Positions 28,231 to 38,754 are shown, counted from the first letter of the stretch. The stretch: DNA of 64,000 bases from Planctomycetota bacterium (GCA_016235865.1 JACRIK010000021.1:97226-161225), one strand, 5' to 3'. Notes: generated from the letters alone by a model not told the origin. Made by a program: numbers and translations.

Positions 28231-29616
28231 ATGCCAAAAAAGCCAAATGTTAGATTTGTCAGTTTGGGATGTCCCAAGAATCTGGTGGATTCTGAGGTGA
28301 TGTTAGGCCATTTGACCGGCGCCGGTTATCGGATATGTCCGGACAACCAGTTAAATCAGGCCCAAAGCGACCTGTTTATGGTCAATACCTGTTGTTTTAT
28401 CAACGAGGCCGAGCAGGAGTCGCGGGATATCATTGGACAGGCCATAGATATCAGGGATAAATTCCGCAAAGCGCATCCGGGCCGGAGCGGTTATAAGATA
28501 GTGGTCAGCGGATGCCTGGCCCAGCGGTATGCCGACCGTTTGAATAATGATTTTAAAGGACAGATTGACGGCATTATCGGGATATCCGAACGGGATAAGG
28601 TTATTGACCTATGCGATGGTTTGGTGAATAATGGGCATAGTAAAAATACCGTGTACCGGGCTAAGCCCAATACCGGATGCCGGACCGATGGTCAACGTCT
28701 GAGAATCACGCCGGCGCATTATGCCTATCTGCGGATAGCCGAGGGGTGCGACAACCGATGCAGTTATTGCGTGATTCCGGCGTTGCACGGCGCGTATCGC
28801 AGTAAGCCACTGGATAAGGTGATAGCCGAGGCATCATCATTGGTAGCAGGCGGGGCCATGGAGATTAATCTGATTGCCCAGGACATTTCTTCTTACGGCA
28901 AGGACATCGGCAGTTCCCTGCCAAAGTTGCTTGAGAAACTGTCCGGCATCAAAGGCCTAAAATGGATTCGGCTGTTATATACCCATCCGGCCCATTTTAC
29001 GGATGAATTGATATATGCCATACGCGATATTGACAAGGTGGTCAAATATGTGGATCTGCCGATTCAGCATATCAGCGACCGGATGCTGGCCTCAATGGGT
29101 CGGCACACAACCTCAGCCCGGGTCAGGCGCCTGATAGACAAAATCAGGCAGGAGATACCGGGCGTATTCATCAGGACCTCGGTGATTGTCGGGTTTCCGG
29201 GCGAGACCGCCCAGGATTTCCGGGAACTGATGAACTTTATCAAGGATACGGAATTTGAACGGCTGGGGGCATTTGAATATTCTCGGGAAAAGGATACCTT
29301 GGCCTATAAGATGGCGCATCAGGTTCCGGCTAAGATTAAAAAGCAGCGGCTGGACAAGGTGATGTTATTACAGCAGGGCATTGCCTTCAGGCAGAATCAG
29401 GCGCTCAAGGGTAAATTAATGGATGCTATTATTGATAAGTCCGGTAAGAACGGGTTTTATTTAGGGCGGATTTATGGAGACGCGCCTGACGTGGATGGTA
29501 ATATTATTATCAAGCCAAAAACTAAACTTTCAGCCGGGGATATTGTAAATATTAAAGTCACCGGCAGTAAAGGTTATGATCTTAAAGGAGAATTAGCAGA
29601 TGAACATACCAAATAA
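28231..29616 (+). CDS. rimO: Ribosomal protein S12 methylthiotransferase
   Basis: SLGCPKNLVDSE, NTCCFI, SGCLAQRY, AEGCDNRCSYC, APDVDG TRAM domain. Confidence 0.95.
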   Translation: MPKKPNVRFVSLGCPKNLVDSEVMLGHLTGAGYRICPDNQLNQAQSDLFMVNTCCFINEAEQESRDIIGQAIDIRDKFRKAHPGRSGYKIVVSGCLAQRYADRLNNDFKGQIDGIIGISERDKVIDLCDGLVNNGHSKNTVYRAKPNTGCRTDGQRLRITPAHYAYLRIAEGCDNRCSYCVIPALHGAYRSKPLDKVIAEASSLVAGGAMEINLIAQDISSYGKDIGSSLPKLLEKLSGIKGLKWIRLLYTHPAHFTDELIYAIRDIDKVVKYVDLPIQHISDRMLASMGRHTTSARVRRLIDKIRQEIPGVFIRTSVIVGFPGETAQDFRELMNFIKDTEFERLGAFEYSREKDTLAYKMAHQVPAKIKKQRLDKVMLLQQGIAFRQNQALKGKLMDAIIDKSGKNGFYLGRIYGDAPDVDGNIIIKPKTKLSAGDIVNIKVTGSKGYDLKGELADEHTK

Positions 29617-30202
29617 GATTACGGTATCGCGGTTGGTGCTGGCTATAATTTATTTTATCCTGCTCTATCTGGCCGGCCTGGATACGATACCCGAGAAGTT
29701 TGACAAGGCCATATTCTACGCCGGGATGGTGGTTTTTAGCGTTGCGGCCCTGACCGATGTTTTGGACGGCTACCTGGCCCGGCGTTACAATATTGTGACC
29801 AAGTTCGGCCGGATAGCCGACCCGTTCGTGGATAAGGTCCTGATTTGCGGCTCGTTTATATTCTTCGTGAGCTGGCCGTCGCTGAAGCCGTTTATCAGCA
29901 GCTGGATGGTGCTGGTGATTGTCTTCAGGGAATTCCTGGTGCACGGCCTGAGGACCATTGCCGAGTCCAAGGGTATATCTTTCGGCAGCACTGTCTGGGG
30001 CAAGCAGAAGACCTTTACCCAGTGCATCACCGTTATCTGGACGCTGTTCTACCTGGTCTATATGAGATATACCGAGGGACAATGGTGGAGCGCGGTGCTG
30101 TTGAAGTCCCTGGTCTGGCTGACTCTGTTCTCCACGGTTTTTTCCGCCCTGACTTATTTTTATAAGATAAGAAAGATGCTCAGGGAAGTAGTGGATGAAT
30201 AA
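29600..30202 (+). CDS. pgsA: CDP-diacylglycerol--glycerol-3-phosphate 3-phosphatidyltransferase
   Basis: MNIPNKITVSR, TDVLDGYLARRY...FGRIADPFVDK, WGKQKT. Confidence 0.93.
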   Translation: MNIPNKITVSRLVLAIIYFILLYLAGLDTIPEKFDKAIFYAGMVVFSVAALTDVLDGYLARRYNIVTKFGRIADPFVDKVLICGSFIFFVSWPSLKPFISSWMVLVIVFREFLVHGLRTIAESKGISFGSTVWGKQKTFTQCITVIWTLFYLVYMRYTEGQWWSAVLLKSLVWLTLFSTVFSALTYFYKIRKMLREVVDE

Positions 30203-30653
30203 GCTGTTAGTTATTATCGGGAGCGGGGGAGTGGGGTACAAATTGCCCCTGATGCAGGGTACAGTCGGCACCCTGGAGGCCGTGGTTTTGTATCTGGCGG
30301 TATTAAATTGGGCGCCGAAACAGGTTAATCTCTGGGCCTACGGTTTCATTGTTCTGTTTACGGTTTTGAGCTTGGCTTTGGGCGGTCTGGCTGAAGAGTA
30401 TTTTAAGGCCAGAGACCCGCGTCCCTTTGTGCTGGATGAATTAGCAGGATTTTTCTGCGCGGTAATATTTTTACCGGCCACATATTTTTATATAATATGC
30501 GCGTTTATCCTGTTCCGGATATTTGATGTCTGGAAACCTTTCCCGGTCAGGAGATTGCAGGATTTGCCGGCCGGGGTGGGCATCGTGGCTGATGATTTAT
30601 GGGCCGGTTTTTATGCTAATATCTGTTGCCAGATAATCAGGTATTTGATTTAA
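30195..30653 (+). CDS. pgpA: Phosphatidylglycerophosphatase A
   Basis: GTVGT, DPRPFVLDELAG, FRIFDVWKPFP, GIVADDLWAG. Confidence 0.92.
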   Translation: MNKLLVIIGSGGVGYKLPLMQGTVGTLEAVVLYLAVLNWAPKQVNLWAYGFIVLFTVLSLALGGLAEEYFKARDPRPFVLDELAGFFCAVIFLPATYFYIICAFILFRIFDVWKPFPVRRLQDLPAGVGIVADDLWAGFYANICCQIIRYLI

Positions 30654-30661
30654 TATTACGT

Positions 30662-32422
30662 ATGCAAAAAGGTAAACCAACATCGTCTTCGGTTAGTGGC
30701 GCTTCCGGCATCAATAAGCCTGGTAGTGCTTCCAAGGTTGTTCGTCCGGGCCGGCCGGACAGTCGACCGGGCGGACCTTCAGGCAAATCTTCCAAGATAA
30801 TGCCGGTTCCGGCTAATCTTGCCCCGGCCCAGAATGACAAGGCTACACCCGCCACGCATAAGGGGATATCATTGGGTATCAAATATGCCTTGCTGACCGC
30901 CCTGACCGTTAGTTTGGCCGTGATTTTACTGGTGGTTATCTATAATAATTTTTCCAGCAAAGTGATAGATGAGAATATTACCGAACAAGGTGTTAGATTC
31001 GTTCAATGGGCTGCCACCTTTAAGCCTTCCTATTGGAAATCAGCTGATAAAGACACCATAGAACTCCTGGCATCCAAAAAAGGTGATGCGATGGGTCTTA
31101 ATGTGCCGAATATTTTAAATCTGGTGATTACCGATTTGGATAAGCGCCCACTGGCCGGGATAGACCAAAGCGAGACTACTTTGAGGAATCCTAAGAAATT
31201 GCCATTGGTGACATCAGAGACTATCACGCTAATGGAAGGCGAATACCAGGATAAAATAACCGGACGCTGGGTTCGGACCAGGTTGTTCATAAAGAAGATT
31301 GTTGATTCCGAACTGAAAGGCCAGGGTTATGTCATCCTGTTTCTTGATGCCAGAAAGATAGATGAGCAGTTGAGTAAGATACTGGCGGCGTCTATATTCC
31401 CGGCAATACTGGCAATTATCATTGGCGGGATTATCGGGTTCTTTATGGCCCGCTGGGTAACCAGGCCGGTCCAGGTCCTGATGGAGGATATGGCCATCGT
31501 CAGCGCCGGTGACCTGACCCATAAAAGCCGGGTGGAGAGCACTGATGAAGTGGGTGTTCTGGCGTCGTCATTTGATAAGATGACCAATAGTTTAAAGGTG
31601 GCTCACCAGCGGGAACTCGAGAGCAAGGCATTGGAACATGAACTTAACATCGCCCGGGAAATCCAGTATAACCTTTTACCCAAGGAGATTCCGACCATTC
31701 CCGGGTACGATATCGCGGCCCGCTATTTCCCCTGTTTTGAGGTCAGCGGCGATTATTATGATATTATGCAGCTTGATAACGATAATCTGGGCATTATTGT
31801 GGCCGACGTTTCCGGTAAGGGCGTGCCGGCTTCGATGATTATGACCATGGCCCGGAGTCTGGTCCGGATGGAATCGGAACGGAATCTTTCCACAGCCGAT
31901 ACCCTGAAGAAGGTCAACCGCATCTTAGCCCGGGACCTCAGGCGCGGGATGTTTGTCACCGCCATGTATTGTATCCTGAATATCAAGACCGGAATGATTA
32001 AGGTTTCCAGCGCCGGACATAATCCGCTGGTGGTCTGGCGCAATGATCAGCAGCGCTATGAATTGTTCAACCCCAACGGTATTGCCCTGGGCTTTGACCG
32101 CGGGCCGGTCTTTGACCGGACCATCAAGGAGGAAACTATCATGATTAATCCGGGTGATTTGGTGGTGGGTTTTACGGACGGCGTTACCGAGTCAATGGAT
32201 ACGGACGATAACGAATTGGGCGGGGATAAATTTTATAAGTTAGTCGGCGAACTGCATCATCTGGAATCACAGCGTGTTATTGACAGCGTGATGAAATTCC
32301 TGAGTGATTTTAAGGGCAGCGCGCCCCAGCATGATGATATTACACTAGTTTGCGTCAAGCGGACGGCTATCCCGGCCGGAAATGTTCCGGTGACGGAAGG
32401 GCTGAAACCGCCGGACGCATAA
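30662..32422 (+). CDS. Membrane-bound HAMP + SpoIIE/PP2C phosphatase (RsbU-like)
   Basis: Two TM helices, HAMP (DEVGVLASSFDKM), ELNIAREIQ, VSGDYYD, ADVSGKGVPA, SAGHNP, FTDGVTE, HDDIT; ATG 30662 preferred over the 30626 ORF-track start. Confidence 0.9.
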   Translation: MQKGKPTSSSVSGASGINKPGSASKVVRPGRPDSRPGGPSGKSSKIMPVPANLAPAQNDKATPATHKGISLGIKYALLTALTVSLAVILLVVIYNNFSSKVIDENITEQGVRFVQWAATFKPSYWKSADKDTIELLASKKGDAMGLNVPNILNLVITDLDKRPLAGIDQSETTLRNPKKLPLVTSETITLMEGEYQDKITGRWVRTRLFIKKIVDSELKGQGYVILFLDARKIDEQLSKILAASIFPAILAIIIGGIIGFFMARWVTRPVQVLMEDMAIVSAGDLTHKSRVESTDEVGVLASSFDKMTNSLKVAHQRELESKALEHELNIAREIQYNLLPKEIPTIPGYDIAARYFPCFEVSGDYYDIMQLDNDNLGIIVADVSGKGVPASMIMTMARSLVRMESERNLSTADTLKKVNRILARDLRRGMFVTAMYCILNIKTGMIKVSSAGHNPLVVWRNDQQRYELFNPNGIALGFDRGPVFDRTIKEETIMINPGDLVVGFTDGVTESMDTDDNELGGDKFYKLVGELHHLESQRVIDSVMKFLSDFKGSAPQHDDITLVCVKRTAIPAGNVPVTEGLKPPDA

Positions 32423-32468
32423 TCGGACGCCGGAGAAGCTGTTTTGAGTCAGCGAGATAGGAGAAAGA

Positions 32469-32903
32469 ATGACAGACAATGTTAAAGACCGGTTGGTTAT
32501 TAACAGTGAACTGAAGCATCTGAATTTAGCGCGGCATTTTATCGTCAGGACTATCAGGAAGGTTAACCTGGCCCCGAGCGACGAGAATAAGATAGTCCTG
32601 GCTACTGATGAGGCATTGAGCAATATTGTTGAGCATGCCTACGAGTTTAACAAGAGCGGGTATATTGATATCAATGTCGAGGTTACCCCCAAGCAGTTCC
32701 AGATTCGGATACTGAACGGAGGGCGGGATTTTGATCTGGAGAAGGTGAAAATTAAGGATATTATGGAGCACGTCAAACAGGGGAAGAGGAGGGGACTGGG
32801 TATTTTTCTGATGAGACGGATAATGGACGAGGTGAAATACTCATTCAAGAACGGGCAGAATCAATTAATTCTAATAAAATATTTGACAACTTCCGATAGA
32901 TAA
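32469..32903 (+). CDS. Anti-sigma factor / serine kinase (RsbW/SpoIIAB-like)
   Basis: LATDEALSNIVEHAY, RGLGIFLMRRIMDEVKY, NQLILIKY. Confidence 0.88.
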   Translation: MTDNVKDRLVINSELKHLNLARHFIVRTIRKVNLAPSDENKIVLATDEALSNIVEHAYEFNKSGYIDINVEVTPKQFQIRILNGGRDFDLEKVKIKDIMEHVKQGKRRGLGIFLMRRIMDEVKYSFKNGQNQLILIKYLTTSDR

Positions 32904-32933
32904 TTAGATTGTTTGAGAAATAAGGAGGAATGA

Positions 32934-33281
32934 ATGGCAGAAATCAAGATAGAAATGCAGAAATTACCCAACGGAGCTATTCTTGTTAAGCTTAAAGGTT
33001 TTCTGGATGCTTACACTTACGGCGAGTTCGAGCAAACGATAAATAATTTATTTAACCAGAAAATGTACAGGTTGATTGTGGATATGTCAGCGGTGGATTA
33101 TATTTCCAGCGCCGGGGCCGGCGTTTTTATCGGTTCCATCGGCGTGGCTCAGGAAAATCAGGGTAATATCGTCATCGTCCGTCCCAAGCCGGCTGTTAAA
33201 GAGGTTTTTGACCTTCTGGGATTGTCGCAGATATTTACTATCGTTGAGAATATGGAATCCGCTCTGACCGCTCTGGCATAA
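32934..33281 (+). CDS. STAS domain anti-anti-sigma factor (RsbV/SpoIIAA-like)
   Basis: GFLDA, VDMSAVDYISSAG, VKEVFDLLGL; RBS AAGGAGG. Confidence 0.92.
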   Translation: MAEIKIEMQKLPNGAILVKLKGFLDAYTYGEFEQTINNLFNQKMYRLIVDMSAVDYISSAGAGVFIGSIGVAQENQGNIVIVRPKPAVKEVFDLLGLSQIFTIVENMESALTALA

Positions 33282-33302
33282 CAGGATTCTCATTGGAGCG
33301 TT

Positions 33303-34589
33303 GTGCATAAAATAAAACTCCCTTACGGCAAGAAATATCAGTATTTCCGTATTCCTTCATCGGTAAAATACAGGATATTGGAGGTGCGCGAGCCGGTACC
33401 GATTACTGATTTTTCAGGCAATTTGATACATGCCGTCAATCACCCGATTAATTCAGCTCGATTTGATTCTTTCTTTAACGTCCAGGATAAAATAGCCATT
33501 CTTATCCCGGATAAAACCCGTCGGTGCCCATCTGATAAGGTGCTTGATATTGTTATCAAACGCCTTACTGGTATGGGCGTGGACCGGGCAAATATCACCG
33601 TTATTCTGGCCCGGGGTTCTCATTCTGCTCACGCCCCGGCGGAGATAACTAAATTGGTTGGTCGGAGTACTTCCCGGGCTATAAAAGTCATAGACCACGA
33701 TGCCAATAAATCCACCGAGCTATCATATATCGGGACGACCTCAAGAGGTACGCAGGTAAGAATTAACAAGCATTGCGCCGATGCCGATAAAATCATTATT
33801 ATCGGGACAGTTGGCTATCATTATTACGCCGGCTTTTCAGGCGGCCGGAAACTCATCCTGCCCGGTATTTCCGCCTATCAGACCATCCAGCAGAATCACA
33901 GTTTGGTCCTGAATAAACCGCCTCTGAAAGGCAAGAATTCTGATGCCTGCCTAGGTAAACTTGACGGCAATCCGGTAAATGAGGATATGATAGAAGCCGC
34001 CCGGTTAGCCGGACGGGGAAGAGTTTTCTCCATCAATCTGGCGATTAATAGCCGGGATGAAATAATCAGAATGTTTTGCGGTGATATTATTGATGCGCAT
34101 CGTCGCGGGTGTGACTTTGTGGACAGGATTTATCAAGTACCGCTTAAAGGTAAGGCGGATTATATTATTGCTTCGGCAGGCGGGTATCCTACGGATGTTA
34201 ATTTTATTCAGACTCATAAAGCAATAGAAAACGCTGTTTATGCCTTAAAGGATAGAGGGAAAATGCTGATTTTGGCCGAATGCAAAGAGGGCATTGGTTC
34301 GGATATATTTATGGGTTTTTTGCAGCACCGGACACCGGAAAAAATGGAAGCCGAACTGCGCAAGAAGTTTGTGGTTTCAGGCCATACGGCCTTATGCACC
34401 TTGATAAAGGCAAATAGGTTTGATATCTACCTTTATTCTGGGCTCAAGGATTCTCTTGTCAGGAATTTACACTTTACGCCGATGGATGACGTCCAGCGGG
34501 CGATGGATATTTTCTTCAGGCAGATGCCTGATGACGCGACGGTATTTGTTCTGCCCAAGGGGTGCGGTGTCAGGCCGGTTGTTTCTTAG
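33303..34589 (+). CDS. larA: Nickel-pincer-dependent lactate racemase family protein (substrate uncertain)
   Basis: LPYG, PDKTR, GSH, GTTSRGT, HYYAGFSGGRKLILPG, SAGGYPTD, QTHKA, AECKEG. Confidence 0.85.
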   Translation: MHKIKLPYGKKYQYFRIPSSVKYRILEVREPVPITDFSGNLIHAVNHPINSARFDSFFNVQDKIAILIPDKTRRCPSDKVLDIVIKRLTGMGVDRANITVILARGSHSAHAPAEITKLVGRSTSRAIKVIDHDANKSTELSYIGTTSRGTQVRINKHCADADKIIIIGTVGYHYYAGFSGGRKLILPGISAYQTIQQNHSLVLNKPPLKGKNSDACLGKLDGNPVNEDMIEAARLAGRGRVFSINLAINSRDEIIRMFCGDIIDAHRRGCDFVDRIYQVPLKGKADYIIASAGGYPTDVNFIQTHKAIENAVYALKDRGKMLILAECKEGIGSDIFMGFLQHRTPEKMEAELRKKFVVSGHTALCTLIKANRFDIYLYSGLKDSLVRNLHFTPMDDVQRAMDIFFRQMPDDATVFVLPKGCGVRPVVS

Positions 34590-35032
34590 ATGGCTTTTTG
34601 CTCATCCTGTAGTTCAGAAGGATGTTCCTTAAAATCACCTGGTTTATAACCAGGTTTTTTAGCCCGTTCCACTTCATCCTTATATGCCTGCAGGACTTTG
34701 TTTTGAATCATATCACGGCATTGAGTATTAATCGGGTGGCAGATATCGGCGAATACCTGAATCCGTCCGTTCAGATCACGAGGTCCTCGTCCGGAATCTA
34801 ATTTACAGCCGCACTCGCAGCAGAATCTTGAGAGCATGGTATTCTTACCACGGCATTTGGGGCAATGGTCTGTTATCTTGCGGCTGGGCATAGCCACAAA
34901 AATCCCGTTGGATCCTTCAATAACCTTCAAATCCCTGACGACAAAGGCATTGTCAAAAGTGATGCTGCAGAATGCCTTCAGCCGGTCTGCGGCCCGTCCC
35001 AGTAATCTTACTCTTGTCTCTGTTATTTCCAT
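34586..35032 (-). CDS. spoVG: SpoVG family nucleic-acid-binding protein with Zn-ribbon insertion
   Basis: MEITETRV, LKAFCSITFD, DLKVIEG, FVAMPSRK, insert CPKC...FCCECG, DICHPIN. Confidence 0.92.
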   Translation of the reverse strand: MEITETRVRLLGRAADRLKAFCSITFDNAFVVRDLKVIEGSNGIFVAMPSRKITDHCPKCRGKNTMLSRFCCECGCKLDSGRGPRDLNGRIQVFADICHPINTQCRDMIQNKVLQAYKDEVERAKKPGYKPGDFKEHPSELQDEQKAI

Positions 35033-35162
35033 AAGAACACTGTCTTCTCCAGTTTATCCGGATACAAAAATGCCTCTTTTAGGATGTTTAATCTATGGAA
35101 GTATATACTTAAGAGACGTTTACCCAGCCCTTGCATGCAAAGGCTGGGTTTATTTATCAGCC

Positions 35163-36047
35163 CTAATCAAGGCCGTTAACAATAAAGGATTGGCCTAAAT
35201 TCCTTCTAGATAGTACGGTAGCCAGAGTTTTGGCTTCGGTTCGGCTACTGCATAGTTTAAAAATGGTAGACCCGCTGCCGGAAAGCAATATTCCCGGGTG
35301 GGATATTTTCTGGAATGCTCGGTGCGTGTCTTTTAAAACAGGATATAGTTTCATCGCCACGTTCTCTAATCTATTGTATAGCAACTTCTGGATTTCTTTG
35401 TAACCTGCCTGTTTCTGTTGGAGTTTATTAACTAATGGTAATATACCATTAGAGGCCGGTTTTGTCAAGTAGAATCTGATATTTTTGTAAATATTTTTGG
35501 TCGGGATGGATATCGGCGGTTTGAGTAGGAGATAGTGAAATTTTGCACTAATCATTAATGGCAAGATAATCTCACCCCGGCCTTTGACCAGGGCGGTTCC
35601 GCCGTATGTGAAAAAAGGTACGTCAGAGCCCAATCTGGCGCCCAGAAAAGACATTTCTTCCTGGCTTAATCCCAGGTTCCAGAGCCGGTTCAGGCCTAAT
35701 AAAACAGCGGCCGCATTGCTGCTCCCGCCGCCTAATCCGCCGCCTATCGGGATTCGTTTCTCCAGGATTATCCGAACGCCTTTCCCGATACCGTATTCCT
35801 TCTTTACAAGTTCAGCCGCTTTATAAACCAGGTTAGCCCTGCTTGATGCCAGTTCCGGATGGGTGGTTACTACTTCGATTCCTTTGCTTATTGGATGCAG
35901 GTAGAGCGTATCAAAGAGGGAGACTGTTTGCATGATGCTTTCTATCTCGTGGAATCCGTCCTGGCGCTTACCCAGCACCTCGAGAAACAGGTTAATCTTG
36001 GCCGGCGAAAGTATCTTCAGTCCTTTTCGGGTCTTTGTGATTAGCAT
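35163..36047 (-). CDS. ispE: 4-diphosphocytidyl-2-C-methyl-D-erythritol kinase
   Basis: PAKINLFL, KRIPIGGGLGGGSSNAA, LGSDVPFF, LSGSGS. Confidence 0.95.
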   Translation of the reverse strand: MLITKTRKGLKILSPAKINLFLEVLGKRQDGFHEIESIMQTVSLFDTLYLHPISKGIEVVTTHPELASSRANLVYKAAELVKKEYGIGKGVRIILEKRIPIGGGLGGGSSNAAAVLLGLNRLWNLGLSQEEMSFLGARLGSDVPFFTYGGTALVKGRGEIILPLMISAKFHYLLLKPPISIPTKNIYKNIRFYLTKPASNGILPLVNKLQQKQAGYKEIQKLLYNRLENVAMKLYPVLKDTHRAFQKISHPGILLSGSGSTIFKLCSSRTEAKTLATVLSRRNLGQSFIVNGLD

Positions 36048-36880
36048 AAAATATTATCTATCAGCCTGGTCTTACCTGCATATACGGCCAGGGCAATAAG
36101 CGTATGCCCCTTTTTTATCTTTTCTATAGTTTTAAGCGTTTCCGGGTCTGCGATTTCCACATAGTCAATCCGGCTGCCGGGGATGGTTTTGATGACGGCC
36201 AGCATGGCATCTCGGATTTTCCTGCAGTCCTTCTCGCCCGATATAATCAATTCCTTTGCCTTGAGCAATGACCGGTAAAGGCGCTGGGCATAATATCGTT
36301 CTGGCACACTCAGGTATTTATTGCGTGAACTCATGGCCAATCCGTCCGGTTCGCGGACCGTGGGCAGGGTTTTTATCTCAAGATTCATATCCAGGTCTCT
36401 GGCCATTTTTCTTATAATCAGCGCTTGCTGGAAATCCTTCTGTCCGAAATAGGCGACATCCGGCTGGACAATATTTAATAACTTGGTCACCACGGTCATC
36501 ACACCCCGGAAATGACCGGGCCGGGACTGGCCGCAGAGTTTATCGGTCAGGTTAGACATGTCAACGAAGGTAGAGGTGTTATGATACATTGCTTTTACAG
36601 TCGGTGCAAAGATGATATCTACTCCGGCCGTTTTGGCCAATTTGGCATCACCTTTGAGATTACGGGGATAGCGCTTGAAATCTTCTTTGGGCCCGAATTG
36701 GAGCGGGTTGACGAATATGCTGATGACCACCAGGTCGTTATCCTTCTTTGCCTGCCGCATCAGTTCCAGGTGTCCCTGATGCAATGCCCCCATGGTCGGC
36801 ACAAAACCAATCATTAATCCCTTGCGTCTGGCCCGGTTGATTTCTGTCCTGATGCTTTTGAGCGTGGTGATTATTTTCAT
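36041..36880 (-). CDS. panC: Pantoate--beta-alanine ligase
   Basis: FVPTMGALHQGH, SIFVNPLQF, RPGHFRGV, FGQKDFQQ, GLAMSSRN, RLIDN. Confidence 0.96.
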   Translation of the reverse strand: MKIITTLKSIRTEINRARRKGLMIGFVPTMGALHQGHLELMRQAKKDNDLVVISIFVNPLQFGPKEDFKRYPRNLKGDAKLAKTAGVDIIFAPTVKAMYHNTSTFVDMSNLTDKLCGQSRPGHFRGVMTVVTKLLNIVQPDVAYFGQKDFQQALIIRKMARDLDMNLEIKTLPTVREPDGLAMSSRNKYLSVPERYYAQRLYRSLLKAKELIISGEKDCRKIRDAMLAVIKTIPGSRIDYVEIADPETLKTIEKIKKGHTLIALAVYAGKTRLIDNILC

Positions 36881-36881
36881 A

Positions 36882-37340
36882 TTACAGTTTTTTTAGCAAA
36901 GCGCATATCGGTTTATTCAGCACCGGGTGCATCAATTCCGGGGCCAGCTCGCAGAGCGGCTCCAGGACAAATCTGCGTTTGTGCATCCGCGGATGCGGTA
37001 TGGTCAGATGTGGCAGGCGATATATTTTTTGTCCATACAGTAAGATATCCAGGTCAATGGTCCTGGGTAATAATCTGTCGTTAATCCTGACCCGGCCCAG
37101 TGTCTTTTCTATCCGTGATGATTCCTTTAGCAGGGCTATTGCGGACAGCGATGTTTTCATCTCAATTACCGCATTGATATAATTAGGCTGCTGGATATTG
37201 CCTTCAGCCGGCGTCCGGTAAATCCCGGAAACGCCTGTGACCCGGGTGTCTTTTATTTGTTTTATAGAGCGGATGGCTATTTTGATATTCTGTTGCTTAT
37301 CACCCAGGTTGGAACCCAAAGCAATATAGGCGGTTATCAT
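36882..37340 (-). CDS. folK: 2-amino-4-hydroxy-6-hydroxymethyldihydropteridine diphosphokinase
   Basis: YIALGSNLGD, PRTIDLDIL, IPHPRMHKRRFVL. Confidence 0.95.
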   Translation of the reverse strand: MITAYIALGSNLGDKQQNIKIAIRSIKQIKDTRVTGVSGIYRTPAEGNIQQPNYINAVIEMKTSLSAIALLKESSRIEKTLGRVRINDRLLPRTIDLDILLYGQKIYRLPHLTIPHPRMHKRRFVLEPLCELAPELMHPVLNKPICALLKKL

Positions 37341-37345
37341 TTATT

Positions 37346-38104
37346 CTAACCTGATTCATTCGATTCAGCCGTAGCCGCGCGCCGGGTGAATATCTTTAGC
37401 TTGAAATGGTTGGCCACTCCGCTCAGGGCGTATAATAAAAAAGTTACGCTCAGGGTAATCTCAAACCACTGGAGCAGGGAAAATCCGACCACGATTATTT
37501 CCACCAGTTTGATAAGCGGGCGCGCTTTCAGGAACCGGTTCATAAAATGGGAATAACGAAAACGACTGATCATCAATGCGGAAATCAACAGTAATATGAA
37601 AGGCAGTGCTGTGATGATTATTTTAAGCTGGAGATGCTGGTAGAGGATAACCAAACTGGCCACCACGGCCGCGGCCCCGGGGGTGGGCAGCCCGAAGAAA
37701 AACTGGTGGTCCTCTTCCTTGGTGGTGGTTTCGGTGTTAAAACGGGCCAGCCGCAGAGTGGCGCAGACCAGATAAAACGCCGCCAGCGCCCAGATAAGCC
37801 GAACCGGGAAATTAGCGGAGTTGACTACCAGCTTCAGGGCTATAAATGCCGGCACCAGCCCGAATGAGATGACATCGGCCAGTGAATCCAGATGCACTCC
37901 GAATTGCGATGACGAATTGGTGAACCGGGCCATCTTGCCGTCCAGCATATCAAAGGCCATGGCCACGAATATCATCCAGGCCGCCGTGGCATAATCCATC
38001 TTCATCAGGTAGTATAATGACGCGAATCCGGACAGCAGATTGCCTATGGTCAGCAATGACGGCAGAATCGGCACAACTTTCAGCTTTCTAAATTTTACTT
38101 TCAT
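37346..38104 (-). CDS. pssA: CDP-diacylglycerol--serine O-phosphatidyltransferase
   Basis: LPSLLTIGN, FDMLDGKMAR, LDSLADVISFG, LRLARFN, FFGLPTP. Confidence 0.93.
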   Translation of the reverse strand: MKVKFRKLKVVPILPSLLTIGNLLSGFASLYYLMKMDYATAAWMIFVAMAFDMLDGKMARFTNSSSQFGVHLDSLADVISFGLVPAFIALKLVVNSANFPVRLIWALAAFYLVCATLRLARFNTETTTKEEDHQFFFGLPTPGAAAVVASLVILYQHLQLKIIITALPFILLLISALMISRFRYSHFMNRFLKARPLIKLVEIIVVGFSLLQWFEITLSVTFLLYALSGVANHFKLKIFTRRAATAESNESG

Positions 38105-38754
38105 TTCTTGTATACTCCTATGATACTTTCACCGCCTTTGACCTTGTCGTTAACCTTAACCTCCAGCCGCTCTAATTTATTCTTGGATATATAGACCTCG
38201 GTGCGCGAGCCGAATTTTATCATTCCGATTCGGTCGCCCCGCTTGACTTGCTGATTCATCTCCAGGCCGCAGACGATCCGTTGGGCAATGATGCCGGCGA
38301 TCTGGCGGACCAGGATTTTGAGGGAATGGCCGGCCGTTATGCCGATGCTGTTGCGCTCGTTCTGGCTGGACGCCTCGGGTTCGGATGCCACCAGAAACCG
38401 GCCCTTGCGGTAATCCAGCAGGGTGATTTTGCCGTCACAGGGCGCCCGGTTGATGTGGACATTGAACACCGACAGGAATATCGCCACCTTGACCGACGGC
38501 TCCTTGATAAAGGTGTCCTCATTAACATCGGCAATTTCTATGATGGTGCCGTCGGCCGGGGATACAATCAGGTTATCGCCCTCAGGAATCTTGCGATAGG
38601 GGTCGCGGAAGAAATAGAGCGTGAACAGGAATAACAAGGCCGGTAATATGACCAAAACCGGCATCATCTGGTAGAGCACATAGCCCATTACTCCGGTGAT
38701 GACCAGCATCACCGCTATCTCTCCGGCCGAATATTTTGCTAAAGGTAAACGCAT
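38101..38754 (-). CDS. psd: Phosphatidylserine decarboxylase proenzyme (short type)
   Basis: FFRDP, SPADG, IFLSVFNVH, QIAG, cleavage motif IKFGSR. Confidence 0.93.
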   Translation of the reverse strand: MRLPLAKYSAGEIAVMLVITGVMGYVLYQMMPVLVILPALLFLFTLYFFRDPYRKIPEGDNLIVSPADGTIIEIADVNEDTFIKEPSVKVAIFLSVFNVHINRAPCDGKITLLDYRKGRFLVASEPEASSQNERNSIGITAGHSLKILVRQIAGIIAQRIVCGLEMNQQVKRGDRIGMIKFGSRTEVYISKNKLERLEVKVNDKVKGGESIIGVYKK

